This document shows, piece by piece, positions 25,055 through 34,335 of a stretch of 48,789 nucleotides of DNA. The translations under genes were made by a program, and so were the position numbers. The DNA is from Klebsiella phage KP13-2: the sequence record OP617742.1; one strand, 5' to 3'. How positions within the stretch are numbered: position 1 is the stretch's first letter; each line of letters starts with the position of its first letter. The notes beneath the pieces are model-generated. The model saw only the letters and a program-made list of their open reading frames with translations, did no database searches and was not told the DNA's origin.

Positions 25055-25103
25055 TAGCACGAATTGCTAAAACCGATCAGGGGTAAGCTGGTATAGTTAC
25101 CCC
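25055..25103 (+). promoter_or_regulatory. Composite promoter
   Basis: TAGCACGAATTGCTAAAAC; GGGGTAA-GCTGGTATAG-TTACCCC (25080..25103); TATAGT at 25092 (+37). Confidence 0.75.
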
Positions 25104-25128
25104 ATCGAAACGAAACGGAGTTACAGCA

Positions 25129-25338
25129 ATGAAAATCAAAATCACCAAAACCGACACTCTTAACGGCGACGGCTCAATTACCCTGGAAGAATGCGGCCTC
25201 AAAATCGGCGAAGTTCTTGAGGTCGATGGCCACTTCAATGACGGCTCCTACTGTGTGATCGCTCCGCGCAATAGCGAGTTTATCCAGGCTGGTGACAATA
25301 TCAGCGTGAGCAAAGAAGAATGCGAGGTTGTAGAATAA
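25129..25338 (+). CDS. Hypothetical acidic protein
   Basis: 74 nt after the box. Confidence 0.55.
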   Translation: MKIKITKTDTLNGDGSITLEECGLKIGEVLEVDGHFNDGSYCVIAPRNSEFIQAGDNISVSKEECEVVE

Positions 25339-25913
25339 TGAGCAACAAGATTTGGGTACTGACCTACACCATTGGAACCAACGAGGGGCGCAAGTCGCGC
25401 CGCCTCATCTGCGACACCAAAGAACAGGCGATTATGCAGCAAACCGTTCTTGGTGGCGATCTTGTCGAATATTTCAGCAAGCCTGAAGCGTTTAAGGTTA
25501 ACTGGCCGGAAGGCATGGATATCAACGGCGCGTTAGCGAGCCTGCGTGAAATGCAGAGCAACCCGAAGACGTGGAGCGATTTTCAATGCCTGCGAGCGGA
25601 GCCGGAAGTGAAGGTTGACCCGTTCACCAATATTCGGGCGCAGCACGCGGAGTGGTCGGATCGCCAGTTCGGTAACGTCGGGCCAGTCGGGCCGCTCAAA
25701 CACCTTGCGAAAGAGGCGATCGAGGCCGCCGAAGCTCCGGATGACATTAGCGAGTTCGGCGATATCCTCATGCTGGTGTGGGACGCAACGCGACGCGCCG
25801 GGTTCAGTGATGAGCAACTGGCTGAAGCGGTGGCGGAAAAGCTGGAGAGGAACAAGCGCCGGGCGTGGGGCGAGGTCAAAGATGGCGAACCTTGCCACCA
25901 CGTAAAAAATTAA
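25338..25913 (+). CDS. Protein with C-terminal dATP/dGTP diphosphohydrolase-like (DUF550/MazG-like) domain
   Basis: NIRAQHAEWSDRQFGNVGPVGPLKHLAKEAIEAAEAPDDISEFGDILMLVWDATRRAGFS. Confidence 0.7.
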   Translation: MSNKIWVLTYTIGTNEGRKSRRLICDTKEQAIMQQTVLGGDLVEYFSKPEAFKVNWPEGMDINGALASLREMQSNPKTWSDFQCLRAEPEVKVDPFTNIRAQHAEWSDRQFGNVGPVGPLKHLAKEAIEAAEAPDDISEFGDILMLVWDATRRAGFSDEQLAEAVAEKLERNKRRAWGEVKDGEPCHHVKN

Positions 25914-25981
25914 CGAAATCGAACGCCATTTAAAGCGCCTGTAAGCCATTCTGGCTGGCGCAAATTTAAGGAGTGCGATTT

Positions 25982-26218
25982 ATGCCTGAATACTCAAAAG
26001 TCGAAGATATGCCGATTGGCGCAACGATTACTGGTATCCGCATGAGCGATTCGGACGACACCATCAAGCCGCTGGCGTTCCCGGTCACGCGGGTGGAGAC
26101 GGACAGCAGAAAAGGGTTCATCTTCATCTACAAAAATTTCAATAGTCCGCTGCGTGTTGAGGTGTTCATTGCTCGCGGAACCTGGGTAGAATGGGAGAAG
26201 GACAAATGTTCGGACTGA
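25982..26218 (+). CDS. Hypothetical protein
   Basis: Uninterrupted frame, ATG at 25982 (track 25973). Confidence 0.5.
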   Translation: MPEYSKVEDMPIGATITGIRMSDSDDTIKPLAFPVTRVETDSRKGFIFIYKNFNSPLRVEVFIARGTWVEWEKDKCSD

Positions 26219-26439
26219 ATGAAGCGCAATATAACGCCGTGAAGCGCATAGCAAAGCAGATGGCCGCAGAAACAAAAGACGCCATCAAGAAGGACAAGAA
26301 GACCTACGATCAGGTAGCCGCGAAGATGATCGATAAACATTGGGCGCAAATCAACACGCTGGTTACTCGCGGCCAGTTTATCTGGATAGCTGGCTACCTG
26401 GAAGGCCGGTTCGGTCGCAAAGATGGAGAATACGAATAA
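26206..26439 (+). CDS. Hypothetical protein
   Basis: MFGLNEAQYNAVKRIAKQMAAETKDAIKK; start inferred at 26206. Confidence 0.5.
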   Translation: MFGLNEAQYNAVKRIAKQMAAETKDAIKKDKKTYDQVAAKMIDKHWAQINTLVTRGQFIWIAGYLEGRFGRKDGEYE

Positions 26440-26618
26440 TGGCGGATTTATCATCAACCAGAATGAACTCTAGCCTTGAGAATTGGGGCGAGCAACTGGA
26501 GCTAATTGTCGAGCTAAACGGTAAATCATTCGATATCACAGAGAGTGAAATAGAGGCGGCTTACTATGCAGGAAAGCGAGTCGATGACTTCTACTACGAG
26601 GAGTGGGAGCCGGAATAA
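26439..26618 (+). CDS. Hypothetical acidic protein
   Basis: MADLSSTRMNSSLENWGEQLELIVELNGKS; start overlaps the upstream stop region. Confidence 0.5.
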   Translation: MADLSSTRMNSSLENWGEQLELIVELNGKSFDITESEIEAAYYAGKRVDDFYYEEWEPE

Positions 26619-26652
26619 AGGTCAAAAAGTAAGCTAACTAATCAATCGCCTA

Positions 26653-26681
26653 TTGACGCATTCACGCTGACCGGGTATCGT
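26653..26681 (+). promoter_or_regulatory. Sigma70-like promoter
   Basis: TTGACG, 17-nt spacer, TATCGT. Confidence 0.5.
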
Positions 26682-26753
26682 TAAAAGCGTAGACACAAGA
26701 GGCGGTAAACATCCGCAAGTCTCGCCCCGCTTTGGGGCTTTTATTGGGGGGTT

Positions 26754-26948
26754 ATGATGCAGTACAAGGTCATACTCACAGCAAGGAAAATGGGCGGCTT
26801 TTGCAAGTCCTGCATTCAAGAGTTCAGCATGACGATTGAGGCGAACGACACCGCCGACGCGGTGGAGAAAGCAAAAAAGCAATCCGGAGTCAATCTGGAT
26901 ACGCATAAAATCAACATCAACTACATAAGTGAAGTCAATCAATGTTAA
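26754..26948 (+). CDS. Hypothetical protein
   Basis: MMQYKVILTARKMGGFCKSCIQEFSM. Confidence 0.5.
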   Translation: MMQYKVILTARKMGGFCKSCIQEFSMTIEANDTADAVEKAKKQSGVNLDTHKININYISEVNQC

Positions 26949-27205
26949 CTCTGTTTATTGCACTGTTAATGCTGTTCATAGGCTATCATGTTGGCGCGGC
27001 TCATCTTGTCGAGCGCCTTTCAAAGCGGGTACATGAAGGCACTTTCGCTGCCATGATGTACAATAAGAAAACTGGACGTTGGGAAAAAATTGGCGATCCG
27101 GATGGTATCGCAAAACGAATTGCTTTTTCGCCGCTTCCGTATGTTGACTGCGAGCCATTCGTAAAACTCCAGAAGACGCTGAAACGGCGAAATAAACTGA
27201 TATGA
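26942..27205 (+). CDS. Hypothetical N-terminally anchored protein
   Basis: MLTLFIALLMLFIGYHVGAAHLVERL hydrophobic N-terminus. Confidence 0.55.
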   Translation: MLTLFIALLMLFIGYHVGAAHLVERLSKRVHEGTFAAMMYNKKTGRWEKIGDPDGIAKRIAFSPLPYVDCEPFVKLQKTLKRRNKLI

Positions 27206-27211
27206 TACAAG

Positions 27212-27234
27212 AACCCGCTTAGGCGGGTTTTTTT
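27212..27234 (+). terminator. Terminator before the packaging module
   Basis: AACCCGC-TTAG-GCGGGTTTTTTT. Confidence 0.85.
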
Positions 27235-27284
27235 ATGCCCGCAATCTGATATACTCGCAAATCAACATAGAAGGAGGGTACAAA

Positions 27285-27809
27285 ATGTCTGAAGAACGTA
27301 GAAAACGCGTAACGAAATCGCACTTTGCAGGTAACTTCAAAGCGCTGTATGAAAAAGAATTCGGCGTTGTGCTGGGGCGCACGGCAGAGATGACGCCGGA
27401 ACAATTTTTTGATATCGCAAAGCGTTACTTCCAGTGGGCCGAAGATAACGCAATCAAGGCTGCGGAAACGGCAACGTTTCAGGGCGACGTTAACGAGTGG
27501 GGAGTGAACAAGCCTCGCATTTTCACGCTCACAGGGTTAAGCCTGTTTTGCGGCGTGAACCAGTCAACGCTTGGGCGCTACCGTCACGATCCCAACTATG
27601 CTCCCGTCATGGAGTTCATCGACTCCGTGATCTATGAGCAGAAATTTCAGCTTGCTGCCGTCGGCATGATTAACGCTTCTTTCGTCGGAAAAGAGATGGG
27701 GATCGATAAGCCGCCAGTGCTGAACATCGACGCTATCGCCGGGGATAAGAACGAGATCACCGAAGAGAAGCTAGAGAAGGCAGTGACCAATATTCTTGAT
27801 AAGCTGTAA
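27285..27809 (+). CDS. Terminase small subunit
   Basis: Position upstream of TerL; TLTGLSLFCGVNQSTLGRYRHDP HTH-like segment. Confidence 0.8.
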   Translation: MSEERRKRVTKSHFAGNFKALYEKEFGVVLGRTAEMTPEQFFDIAKRYFQWAEDNAIKAAETATFQGDVNEWGVNKPRIFTLTGLSLFCGVNQSTLGRYRHDPNYAPVMEFIDSVIYEQKFQLAAVGMINASFVGKEMGIDKPPVLNIDAIAGDKNEITEEKLEKAVTNILDKL

Positions 27810-27818
27810 GGGTCAGAT

Positions 27819-29420
27819 ATGAACGAAATGATCATTTGGGAAGACCTGTCGCCAGCAGATAAGCTGGCAATTAAGGCGCTGAGTACGCGCAACTTTTCGC
27901 TATTCCTGAAGATTTGGTTCCAGATCATCCAGGGCGAAAAGCTAATGTGGAACTGGCATCACTCCTACTTTTGCCACACGGTTGATGAAATTATCGCCGG
28001 GAAGCGCAAGAGCACGATCGTTAACGTTGCGCCAGGCTCCACAAAGACGGAGGTGTTTTCAATCCACCTCGCGCCGTATGCGTATCTCAAGTGCCGTAAG
28101 GTTAGAAACCTTCAGATCTCGCAGGGTGACGCCCTGTCAAAAGGCAACTCGGATCGCGTGATTAAGATTTTCTCTTCTGGCGAGTGGCAGGAGCTATGGC
28201 CATCAAAGTTCGGGCGCAAGCAGATCGATGAATTTCAGGTGATGGACGATAGCGACCGCGTAAGGCTGGAAATGGTCTCCCGTTCGTCCGGCGGCCAAAT
28301 CGTCGGTAAGCGTGGCGGGTACATGACGCCGGGGTTTAGCGGCCTCATCGCGCTGGATGATATCGACAAACCGGATGATATGTTCTCGAAGGTGAAGCGT
28401 GAGAAAAATCACGTACTACTGAAGAACACCATTCGATCCCGTCGAGCGAAGAAGAAGAAGGGCGACGAAACGCCAATCCTTTCCGTGCAGCAGCGATTGC
28501 ACGCGCAGGATGCCACCTGGTTCATGATGAGCGGAGGGATGGCCATAGACTTCGATCGCATTGTTATTCCGGCGATGGTAACGCGGGAATATGGCGAGTC
28601 ACTCCCTGACTGGTTGCGACCTGAGTTCGAACGCGACGTGCTATCCGGGCCGTCGGTGGTCATTGACGGCGTGGAATACTGGTCATTTTGGGAAGACAAC
28701 GAATCGATCGAGAACCTCGTTGCGCTACGCGAAGCTGATTTGTATACATTCCTTTCGCAGTATCAGCAGGAGCCTATCGCGCTGGGCGGGAACGTGTTCA
28801 AATCGGAGTGGTGGCGCTATTACGGCGACAGCGACAAGGCGCACGAGCCGCGCCCGGACAAGTTCGAATATACGTTCATCACAGCGGACACCGCGCAGAA
28901 GGTCAAGGAGCTAAACGACTACTCTGTAATGTGCTATTGGGGCAAGTATCGTGATCGCGTCTACTTCATTGACGGAATTCGCGGAAAATGGGAAGCGCCA
29001 GATCTCCGCGTTCAGGCCGAAGCATTCATCAAGCAGTGCTGGCGTCGGAACAAGGAGTGCGGAAACCTTCGCCGGATTTACATCGAAGACAAGGCGAGCG
29101 GTACAGGTCTAATCCAGGATTTAACGAAGGCGGTAAACGGCATGGGCGAGATCGTCCCGGTGCAGCGCGATAAAGATAAGGTCACTCGCGCTATGGATGC
29201 ACAACCAATCATCAAGGGTGGGCGTGTCGTGCTTCCTGACAATCACCCATTCGTTGCAGAGCTTGAGGCGGAGATGAGCGCGTTTACATATGACGATTCT
29301 CATCCACACGATGATATTTGCGACAACGTGTTTGACGCCGCAAACCTGGAAATGAACCTGAGCGACGATCCGGTAGAGCGAATGAAACGCCTTGCGGGAT
29401 TGAAAAAGCTGGGTCGCTAA
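27819..29420 (+). CDS. Terminase large subunit
   Basis: STIVNVAPGSTKTEVFSI (Walker-like), LIALDDIDKPDD, nuclease region ...YIEDKASGTGLIQDL..., HPHDDICDN. Confidence 0.92.
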   Translation: MNEMIIWEDLSPADKLAIKALSTRNFSLFLKIWFQIIQGEKLMWNWHHSYFCHTVDEIIAGKRKSTIVNVAPGSTKTEVFSIHLAPYAYLKCRKVRNLQISQGDALSKGNSDRVIKIFSSGEWQELWPSKFGRKQIDEFQVMDDSDRVRLEMVSRSSGGQIVGKRGGYMTPGFSGLIALDDIDKPDDMFSKVKREKNHVLLKNTIRSRRAKKKKGDETPILSVQQRLHAQDATWFMMSGGMAIDFDRIVIPAMVTREYGESLPDWLRPEFERDVLSGPSVVIDGVEYWSFWEDNESIENLVALREADLYTFLSQYQQEPIALGGNVFKSEWWRYYGDSDKAHEPRPDKFEYTFITADTAQKVKELNDYSVMCYWGKYRDRVYFIDGIRGKWEAPDLRVQAEAFIKQCWRRNKECGNLRRIYIEDKASGTGLIQDLTKAVNGMGEIVPVQRDKDKVTRAMDAQPIIKGGRVVLPDNHPFVAELEAEMSAFTYDDSHPHDDICDNVFDAANLEMNLSDDPVERMKRLAGLKKLGR

Positions 29421-29465
29421 TACATAATGTGGGCCTGACGGCCCACACTTAAACAAGGTTGAAAT

Positions 29466-30776
29466 ATGAATAACATTAAGATGGACGACTATAATCAAAT
29501 CTTTAATGGTGGCGCTGGTTATGCGTCAACCCTCGCGTCTATCGCGTCGAGATTTGGAACAATGTCGCAGGTTGAAGAGTTCTATCATGAAAACGGCATG
29601 GCGAAGAAAATCGTTGACGTGATCCCGGAAGAGATGGTCGCTCCCGGCTTCCAGCTAAACGGCATTTCAGATAACACCAAGTTTCAATCAGAATGGGACG
29701 GGTTAAATCTGGAGCCGCAAATCACCGATGCTCTTTGCTGGGCGCGGCTGTATGGTGGCTCCTACGTCCTGGCGATGGTTAACGATGGTCGCGCGTTGAC
29801 TTCGGCAGCGAAGCGGGGTAAGCCGCTCGAATCGATCGTTGTTTACGACCATGATTCCGTTTCCGTCGCAGAGGAGGAAACCAGCCCACGAAGCCCACGA
29901 TTCGGAAAGCCTAAAATGTATGAGGTGAAGCCGCTAAACGGCGGGCAACCGTTCAAGGTGCATTATACCCGTATGCACTACATCGACGGCGAGCGAGTAA
30001 CCAATAAGGTGCGCCAGCTAAACAAGGGCGCTGGTGGTTCGGTGCTGAACAAGTCGATCATTGAAGCGATTCTTGACTACGACTATTCGGAATATCTGGC
30101 AACGCAGCTACTGAAGCGCAAGCAGCAGGGCGTTTGGAAGGCGAAAGGCCTGGCGCTAATCTGCGACGACAAAGAAGGCGAGTACGCCGCCCGTTTGCGC
30201 ATGGCGCAGGTTGACGCCAATTCCGGAGTCGGCAACACGATCGGCATTGATGCTACAGATGAAGAGTACACCGTTATCAACTCCGATATTACAGGCATCC
30301 CGGAATTCCTTTCGGCGAAGATGGATCGGATTGTCGCCCTGTCAGGCATTCATGAGATCGTGCTAAAAAACAAAAACACTGGTGGCGTAAGCGCAAGCCA
30401 GAACACAGCGCTACAGACGTTCTACAAACTGGTTGACCGCAAGCGCAATGACGATTACAAGCCGCTGTTAGAATTCCTGTTACAGTTCATCGTAACTGAG
30501 GAGGAATACAGCGTCGAGTTCGAACCGTTGTCGCTGCCTACCGATGCGGAGAAGGCGGATATCTTTAAGAAGAACTCCGATGCGGCTCGCGGCCTCGTTA
30601 CCGACCAGGTTATTGACGCCAACGAAGCGCGCGATACTCTGTCGGCGTTGATTCCAGAACTGAAGCTAAAAGGCAACGCGCCGGAACAGAAAAAACTCCC
30701 CGATCGCAACACTGGTTCAGGGAAGACGCAAAGCGAAGAGATCTTAAACAACACGGAGACGGATGATGAAAGTTAA
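29466..30776 (+). CDS. Portal protein (DUF1073-like)
   Basis: VDVIPEEMVAPGFQLNG..., YGGSYVLAMVNDGR, FLSAKMDRIVALSGIHEIVLKNKNTGGVSA. Confidence 0.85.
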   Translation: MNNIKMDDYNQIFNGGAGYASTLASIASRFGTMSQVEEFYHENGMAKKIVDVIPEEMVAPGFQLNGISDNTKFQSEWDGLNLEPQITDALCWARLYGGSYVLAMVNDGRALTSAAKRGKPLESIVVYDHDSVSVAEEETSPRSPRFGKPKMYEVKPLNGGQPFKVHYTRMHYIDGERVTNKVRQLNKGAGGSVLNKSIIEAILDYDYSEYLATQLLKRKQQGVWKAKGLALICDDKEGEYAARLRMAQVDANSGVGNTIGIDATDEEYTVINSDITGIPEFLSAKMDRIVALSGIHEIVLKNKNTGGVSASQNTALQTFYKLVDRKRNDDYKPLLEFLLQFIVTEEEYSVEFEPLSLPTDAEKADIFKKNSDAARGLVTDQVIDANEARDTLSALIPELKLKGNAPEQKKLPDRNTGSGKTQSEEILNNTETDDES

Positions 30777-31533
30777 CGGCAGAATCCCAAACTGGCGTTA
30801 TCCTGAAGCAAGCGAGCGGGAGTTATCCCGCTCAATGCAGGAAGCGGTGACAGAACTCGTGGTAGAAATGCGGGATCGCTTAGACCGCCTTAAATTTGAC
30901 GCCACGGCGGAGGAAATCAGCCAGGCGGAAGACGATATCAGCGAATCTGCCATCGTGTTCTTTTCCGCCGTAATTGCGGCGCTCGCCTCCATCGGCTTGA
31001 CTATCTATAGATTCAACTCGAAACAGTGGCTTGCAATTGCGATCGCGGCTGGCGGGCGGAACAACGAATCAGTTATGCGCCTTAAAGAATTCGGTGCTGG
31101 TGGGTATGAAGACTGGTATCAGGAAGCGCTGAGGAAGTGGGAAGATGCCGCCGAAGCGTCGGTCAGGAAGTTAGCAAGCGATATCGTATCCGACTGGACA
31201 ACGAAAGTTAGAACCGCCAACAACATTGGCAAGTCTCGCAAGCAGATCGATGAAATCATCGAAGGTCGATACGCTATTTATGGTAGTTGGTCGCGCAACC
31301 GGGCAAGCGGAATCATCGGAACTTTTAACAGTATGTTGATGATGCAGCGCCTGAAAGATGCTAAAGTATCGCATTACTTTTGGTTCGGGATGATGGACGA
31401 CCGCGAGCGCGAGAGCCATATCAAGCTAGAAGGTAAGCGACGCCCCGTTAATGGTGACGGCATTTTTCCCGGTGAAGAGTACGGTTGCCGTTGTTGGGCT
31501 GTTCCAGATTTTAACAATGTAGAGGTATCATGA
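30763..31533 (+). CDS. Mu gpF-like head morphogenesis protein
   Basis: C-terminal YFWFGMMDDRERESHIKLEGKRRPVNGDGIFPGEEYGCRCWAVP. Confidence 0.85.
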   Translation: MMKVNGRIPNWRYPEASERELSRSMQEAVTELVVEMRDRLDRLKFDATAEEISQAEDDISESAIVFFSAVIAALASIGLTIYRFNSKQWLAIAIAAGGRNNESVMRLKEFGAGGYEDWYQEALRKWEDAAEASVRKLASDIVSDWTTKVRTANNIGKSRKQIDEIIEGRYAIYGSWSRNRASGIIGTFNSMLMMQRLKDAKVSHYFWFGMMDDRERESHIKLEGKRRPVNGDGIFPGEEYGCRCWAVPDFNNVEVS

Positions 31534-32663
31534 TGAAAAGAGTTCAAAGGTTCGACACGGTAAAGATGAAGGCCAGATTCGATGAGAACGGCTTTCTGGT
31601 TGATACTCCGATCGTGGCGCGTATCGGTGCGCAGACGTACCAGACGCCAACCGGGCCGCGAGTCGAGTTCCGCCCGCGTTCGGAGGTGTTCGATGCTGAA
31701 TCGCTGGCGTCATACCAGGGCAAGCCGATCACTTTGGGTCACAAGATGGTGAACGCGCAGAACGCAAAAGGCCTGGTCGTTGGCTCGTGCTCCGGCGCTG
31801 GCAAAGAGGACGGGATCGGGGTTCTAGTTCCGGTGATGATTTACGATGGTGAGTCGATCGAGAAAGCCAAAAAGCGCGTAGCCGCTGAATTGTCAGTCGG
31901 TTACACGTCGGTAGATATCGACCGCAAAGGCTGGGGCAATAACGCCACTGGCGAATATCACTTCGACGAAGACCTACCGGAAAACTTCGAAGAGATGAAA
32001 AATGATTCCGTCTCTGATTGGGTTCGCTTTGATGCAGTGCAAACGAAGATTCGCGTTAATCACGTCGCGCTTGTTTTTCGTGGTCGTGCCGGGATTGCGA
32101 AATTAAATCTTGATAGCGAACAGGAATTCCCCTATGATGACGACTCAAACCACAAAGGAGCAAAAACAATGATCATTAAAATTGACGGCGTAGATGTTGA
32201 AGTGGCCGATAACGTAGGCGCTTACATTGCAAAACTCGACGCACAAGTTGCATCGGCAACCAGTCAGGTAACGAGCATCACCGCAGAGCGTGACGCGCTT
32301 CAGGCCAAAGTTGATGGCATTGAAGATGAAGTTGCCGCCCGCGTTGCTAAAATCAAAGCCGACGAAGACGCAAAACAGAAAGTTATCGCGGTGGTTTCTG
32401 CCGCGGGCGTCAAGTGCGACGGCCTGGATGTTAAGGCGATGAAGGTTGCTTACATCAAAGAGGTAGACGGTCGTGATCTGTCTGACAAAGAAGATTCGTA
32501 CATCGACGCTTCTTTTGACTTTATCGCCAACTCTGATAAGATGGCTGGCAATCGCTCCAAAGTCTTCGGCAAAAAAGAAGATGGCGAACAAAAAGACAAA
32601 GGCGGCTTACCGAAACTTGACGGCACCGAAATCATCGATCCGCAGGCAAAATTCCGCCGCTAA
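31530..32663 (+). CDS. DUF2213-like capsid protease/scaffold
   Basis: FRPRSEVFDAESLASYQGKPITLGHKMV...; C-terminal coiled-coil scaffold-like region. Confidence 0.8.
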   Translation: MMKRVQRFDTVKMKARFDENGFLVDTPIVARIGAQTYQTPTGPRVEFRPRSEVFDAESLASYQGKPITLGHKMVNAQNAKGLVVGSCSGAGKEDGIGVLVPVMIYDGESIEKAKKRVAAELSVGYTSVDIDRKGWGNNATGEYHFDEDLPENFEEMKNDSVSDWVRFDAVQTKIRVNHVALVFRGRAGIAKLNLDSEQEFPYDDDSNHKGAKTMIIKIDGVDVEVADNVGAYIAKLDAQVASATSQVTSITAERDALQAKVDGIEDEVAARVAKIKADEDAKQKVIAVVSAAGVKCDGLDVKAMKVAYIKEVDGRDLSDKEDSYIDASFDFIANSDKMAGNRSKVFGKKEDGEQKDKGGLPKLDGTEIIDPQAKFRR

Positions 32664-32714
32664 TAATTTGCGGCCTTCGGGCCGCTACCAGACCAAATAA
32701 ACAGGAGATTCAAA

Positions 32715-33236
32715 ATGGCACAGATTCCAGCTTCTTATTCCCGCAAGCGTGATATTGCTGTAGCGGGGCAGATCGCTGATACGTCACTTTACAATATCGA
32801 CGGCACTTGTGTTGCTGAAGGCGATATCAAAGCTGGCGTACTGGTGGCTTCCACTGGCGCAGTTTCCAATGGCCACAAGGTCGTTAAACCAGCAACCGCA
32901 GCGAGCGACGTCATTGTAGGCATCGCGCAATTCTCGCAAGCCTACTCGCCGGAAGGCCAGTATGATGACGAAAGCGCAGTTAACGTTATGACTCATGGCC
33001 GCATTTGGGCTGTCGCAGACGCCACTGTTACTGAAGAAGATTGCGTCTTTAATTCCTTCGTCACCTTTACCGCCAATGGCACCGTAGCGAAGGGTGATGC
33101 CGGGGTTATCAAAACTGGCTACAAACACACTGGCGAATACACCAAAAACGCAGATGGCACTGTTCTGGTGAAAGTGCAGGTGCTTCAGGGCGCTGTAGCT
33201 CCGGTGGCTGATGCTGGCGGCGGCACTGGTGTATAA
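32715..33236 (+). CDS. Head decoration/structural cement protein (DUF2190-like)
   Basis: GDIKAGVLVASTG...GIAQFSQAYSPEG; located between scaffold and major capsid. Confidence 0.65.
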   Translation: MAQIPASYSRKRDIAVAGQIADTSLYNIDGTCVAEGDIKAGVLVASTGAVSNGHKVVKPATAASDVIVGIAQFSQAYSPEGQYDDESAVNVMTHGRIWAVADATVTEEDCVFNSFVTFTANGTVAKGDAGVIKTGYKHTGEYTKNADGTVLVKVQVLQGAVAPVADAGGGTGV

Positions 33237-33244
33237 TAAGTAGT

Positions 33245-33263
33245 GGGGCTTCGGCCCCATTTT
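33245..33263 (+). terminator. Hairpin terminator upstream of capsid promoter
   Basis: GGGGCTTCGGCCCCATTTTT. Confidence 0.7.
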
Positions 33264-33281
33264 TGCACCAGAAAAAAACCT

Positions 33282-33309
33282 TTGACGGCTTAACGATTCG
33301 TGATATTCT
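33282..33309 (+). promoter_or_regulatory. Promoter candidate for the major capsid gene
   Basis: TTGACG, 16-nt spacer, TATTCT (with upstream TGA). Confidence 0.5.
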
Positions 33310-33349
33310 TCATCTCGTTAAGCCAAATACACAAACAGGAGTTTTTCAG

Positions 33350-34309
33350 ATGACTATGAAATTAGATGCATTCGAACAGAGTGCAATTAAGGTCGCAATG
33401 CAGGGCATGGGCGTCGATGCCGCAAAACTGGATGCTTACGGTATCTGGACTGTTAAGCAGATGACTCAATTACTGAATCGCCAGTATGAGCAGGCATACC
33501 CTCAGACCAGCGCACTTGAGCTTTTCCCGGTAACTACCGAGATCTCGCCAACCGCCCGCCGCTTTGAGTGGCTCGAATTCGATGGCGTAACTTCTGCGAA
33601 AATCATCGCCGATTACACCGACGATCTGCCGACCGTTGAAGCGATGGCGAAAGAGAAGTCAGGGAAAGTTTTCCGCCTGGGTAACGCGTGGTTTATTTCC
33701 ATCGACGAAATTAAAACTGGCTCGGCGCTGGGTTCCAGCCTGAGCGATCGCAAAGCAACTCTGGCCCGCGAAGGTCATGAGACGCTCGTAAACGATCTGG
33801 TGTTCAAGGGCTCCGCTCCTCATGGCATCGTGAGCGTTTTCGACCATCCGAACATTAACCGCATGACCGCCAGCGCGGCTTGGGGCGATGATGCAGCAGC
33901 GGCTGAACAGGCGTTCGAAGATCTGGAAGACCTGCTAAACATGATCGAAGAAACTACGCTGGGCCGCCATCACGCGACCAACATCGTGATTCCTCCGTCT
34001 AAGCGTCGTCTTCTGACGAAAAAGATGCCGGACACTAGCGGCGACTCTTATCTGACCTGGTTCACCAAGAACCACCCGAACATCACCATTACGGCGATGG
34101 CGGAGCTTGAAGATATCGACGGCGCAGGCACCAAAGGCGTGCTGGCATACGAAAAAGACCCAATGAACATGAGCATCGAGATCCCGGAACGGTTCAACAT
34201 GCTACCGATGCAGCCGAAAGACCTGCATTTCAAAGTTCCGTGCACCTCCAAATGCACTGGTCTCATCGTGTACCGCCCGCTGACTATTGCGATCCTCACC
34301 GGGATTTAA
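33350..34309 (+). CDS. Major capsid protein (DUF2184-like)
   Basis: MTMKLDAFEQSAIKVAM...; CAGGAG before ATG 33350; start preferred over the track's 33263, which overlaps the promoter. Confidence 0.85.
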   Translation: MTMKLDAFEQSAIKVAMQGMGVDAAKLDAYGIWTVKQMTQLLNRQYEQAYPQTSALELFPVTTEISPTARRFEWLEFDGVTSAKIIADYTDDLPTVEAMAKEKSGKVFRLGNAWFISIDEIKTGSALGSSLSDRKATLAREGHETLVNDLVFKGSAPHGIVSVFDHPNINRMTASAAWGDDAAAAEQAFEDLEDLLNMIEETTLGRHHATNIVIPPSKRRLLTKKMPDTSGDSYLTWFTKNHPNITITAMAELEDIDGAGTKGVLAYEKDPMNMSIEIPERFNMLPMQPKDLHFKVPCTSKCTGLIVYRPLTIAILTGI

Positions 34310-34312
34310 TCA

Positions 34313-34335
34313 AAAGCGCCTTCGGGCGCTTTTTT
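34313..34335 (+). terminator. Terminator downstream of major capsid gene
   Basis: AAAGCGCC-TTCG-GGCGCTTTTTT. Confidence 0.85.

Noticed and set aside
29430-29452. Hairpin GTGGGCC-TGAC-GGCCCAC after TerL as terminator
   Set aside because: Strong stem but no T tract; more likely an mRNA processing/stability hairpin.
32145-32591. 148-aa minus-strand ORF
   Set aside because: Shadow of the coiled-coil/scaffold part of the DUF2213-like protein.
32784-33260. 158-aa minus-strand ORF across the cement protein gene
   Set aside because: Antisense to a structural gene in a uniformly plus-strand late operon.
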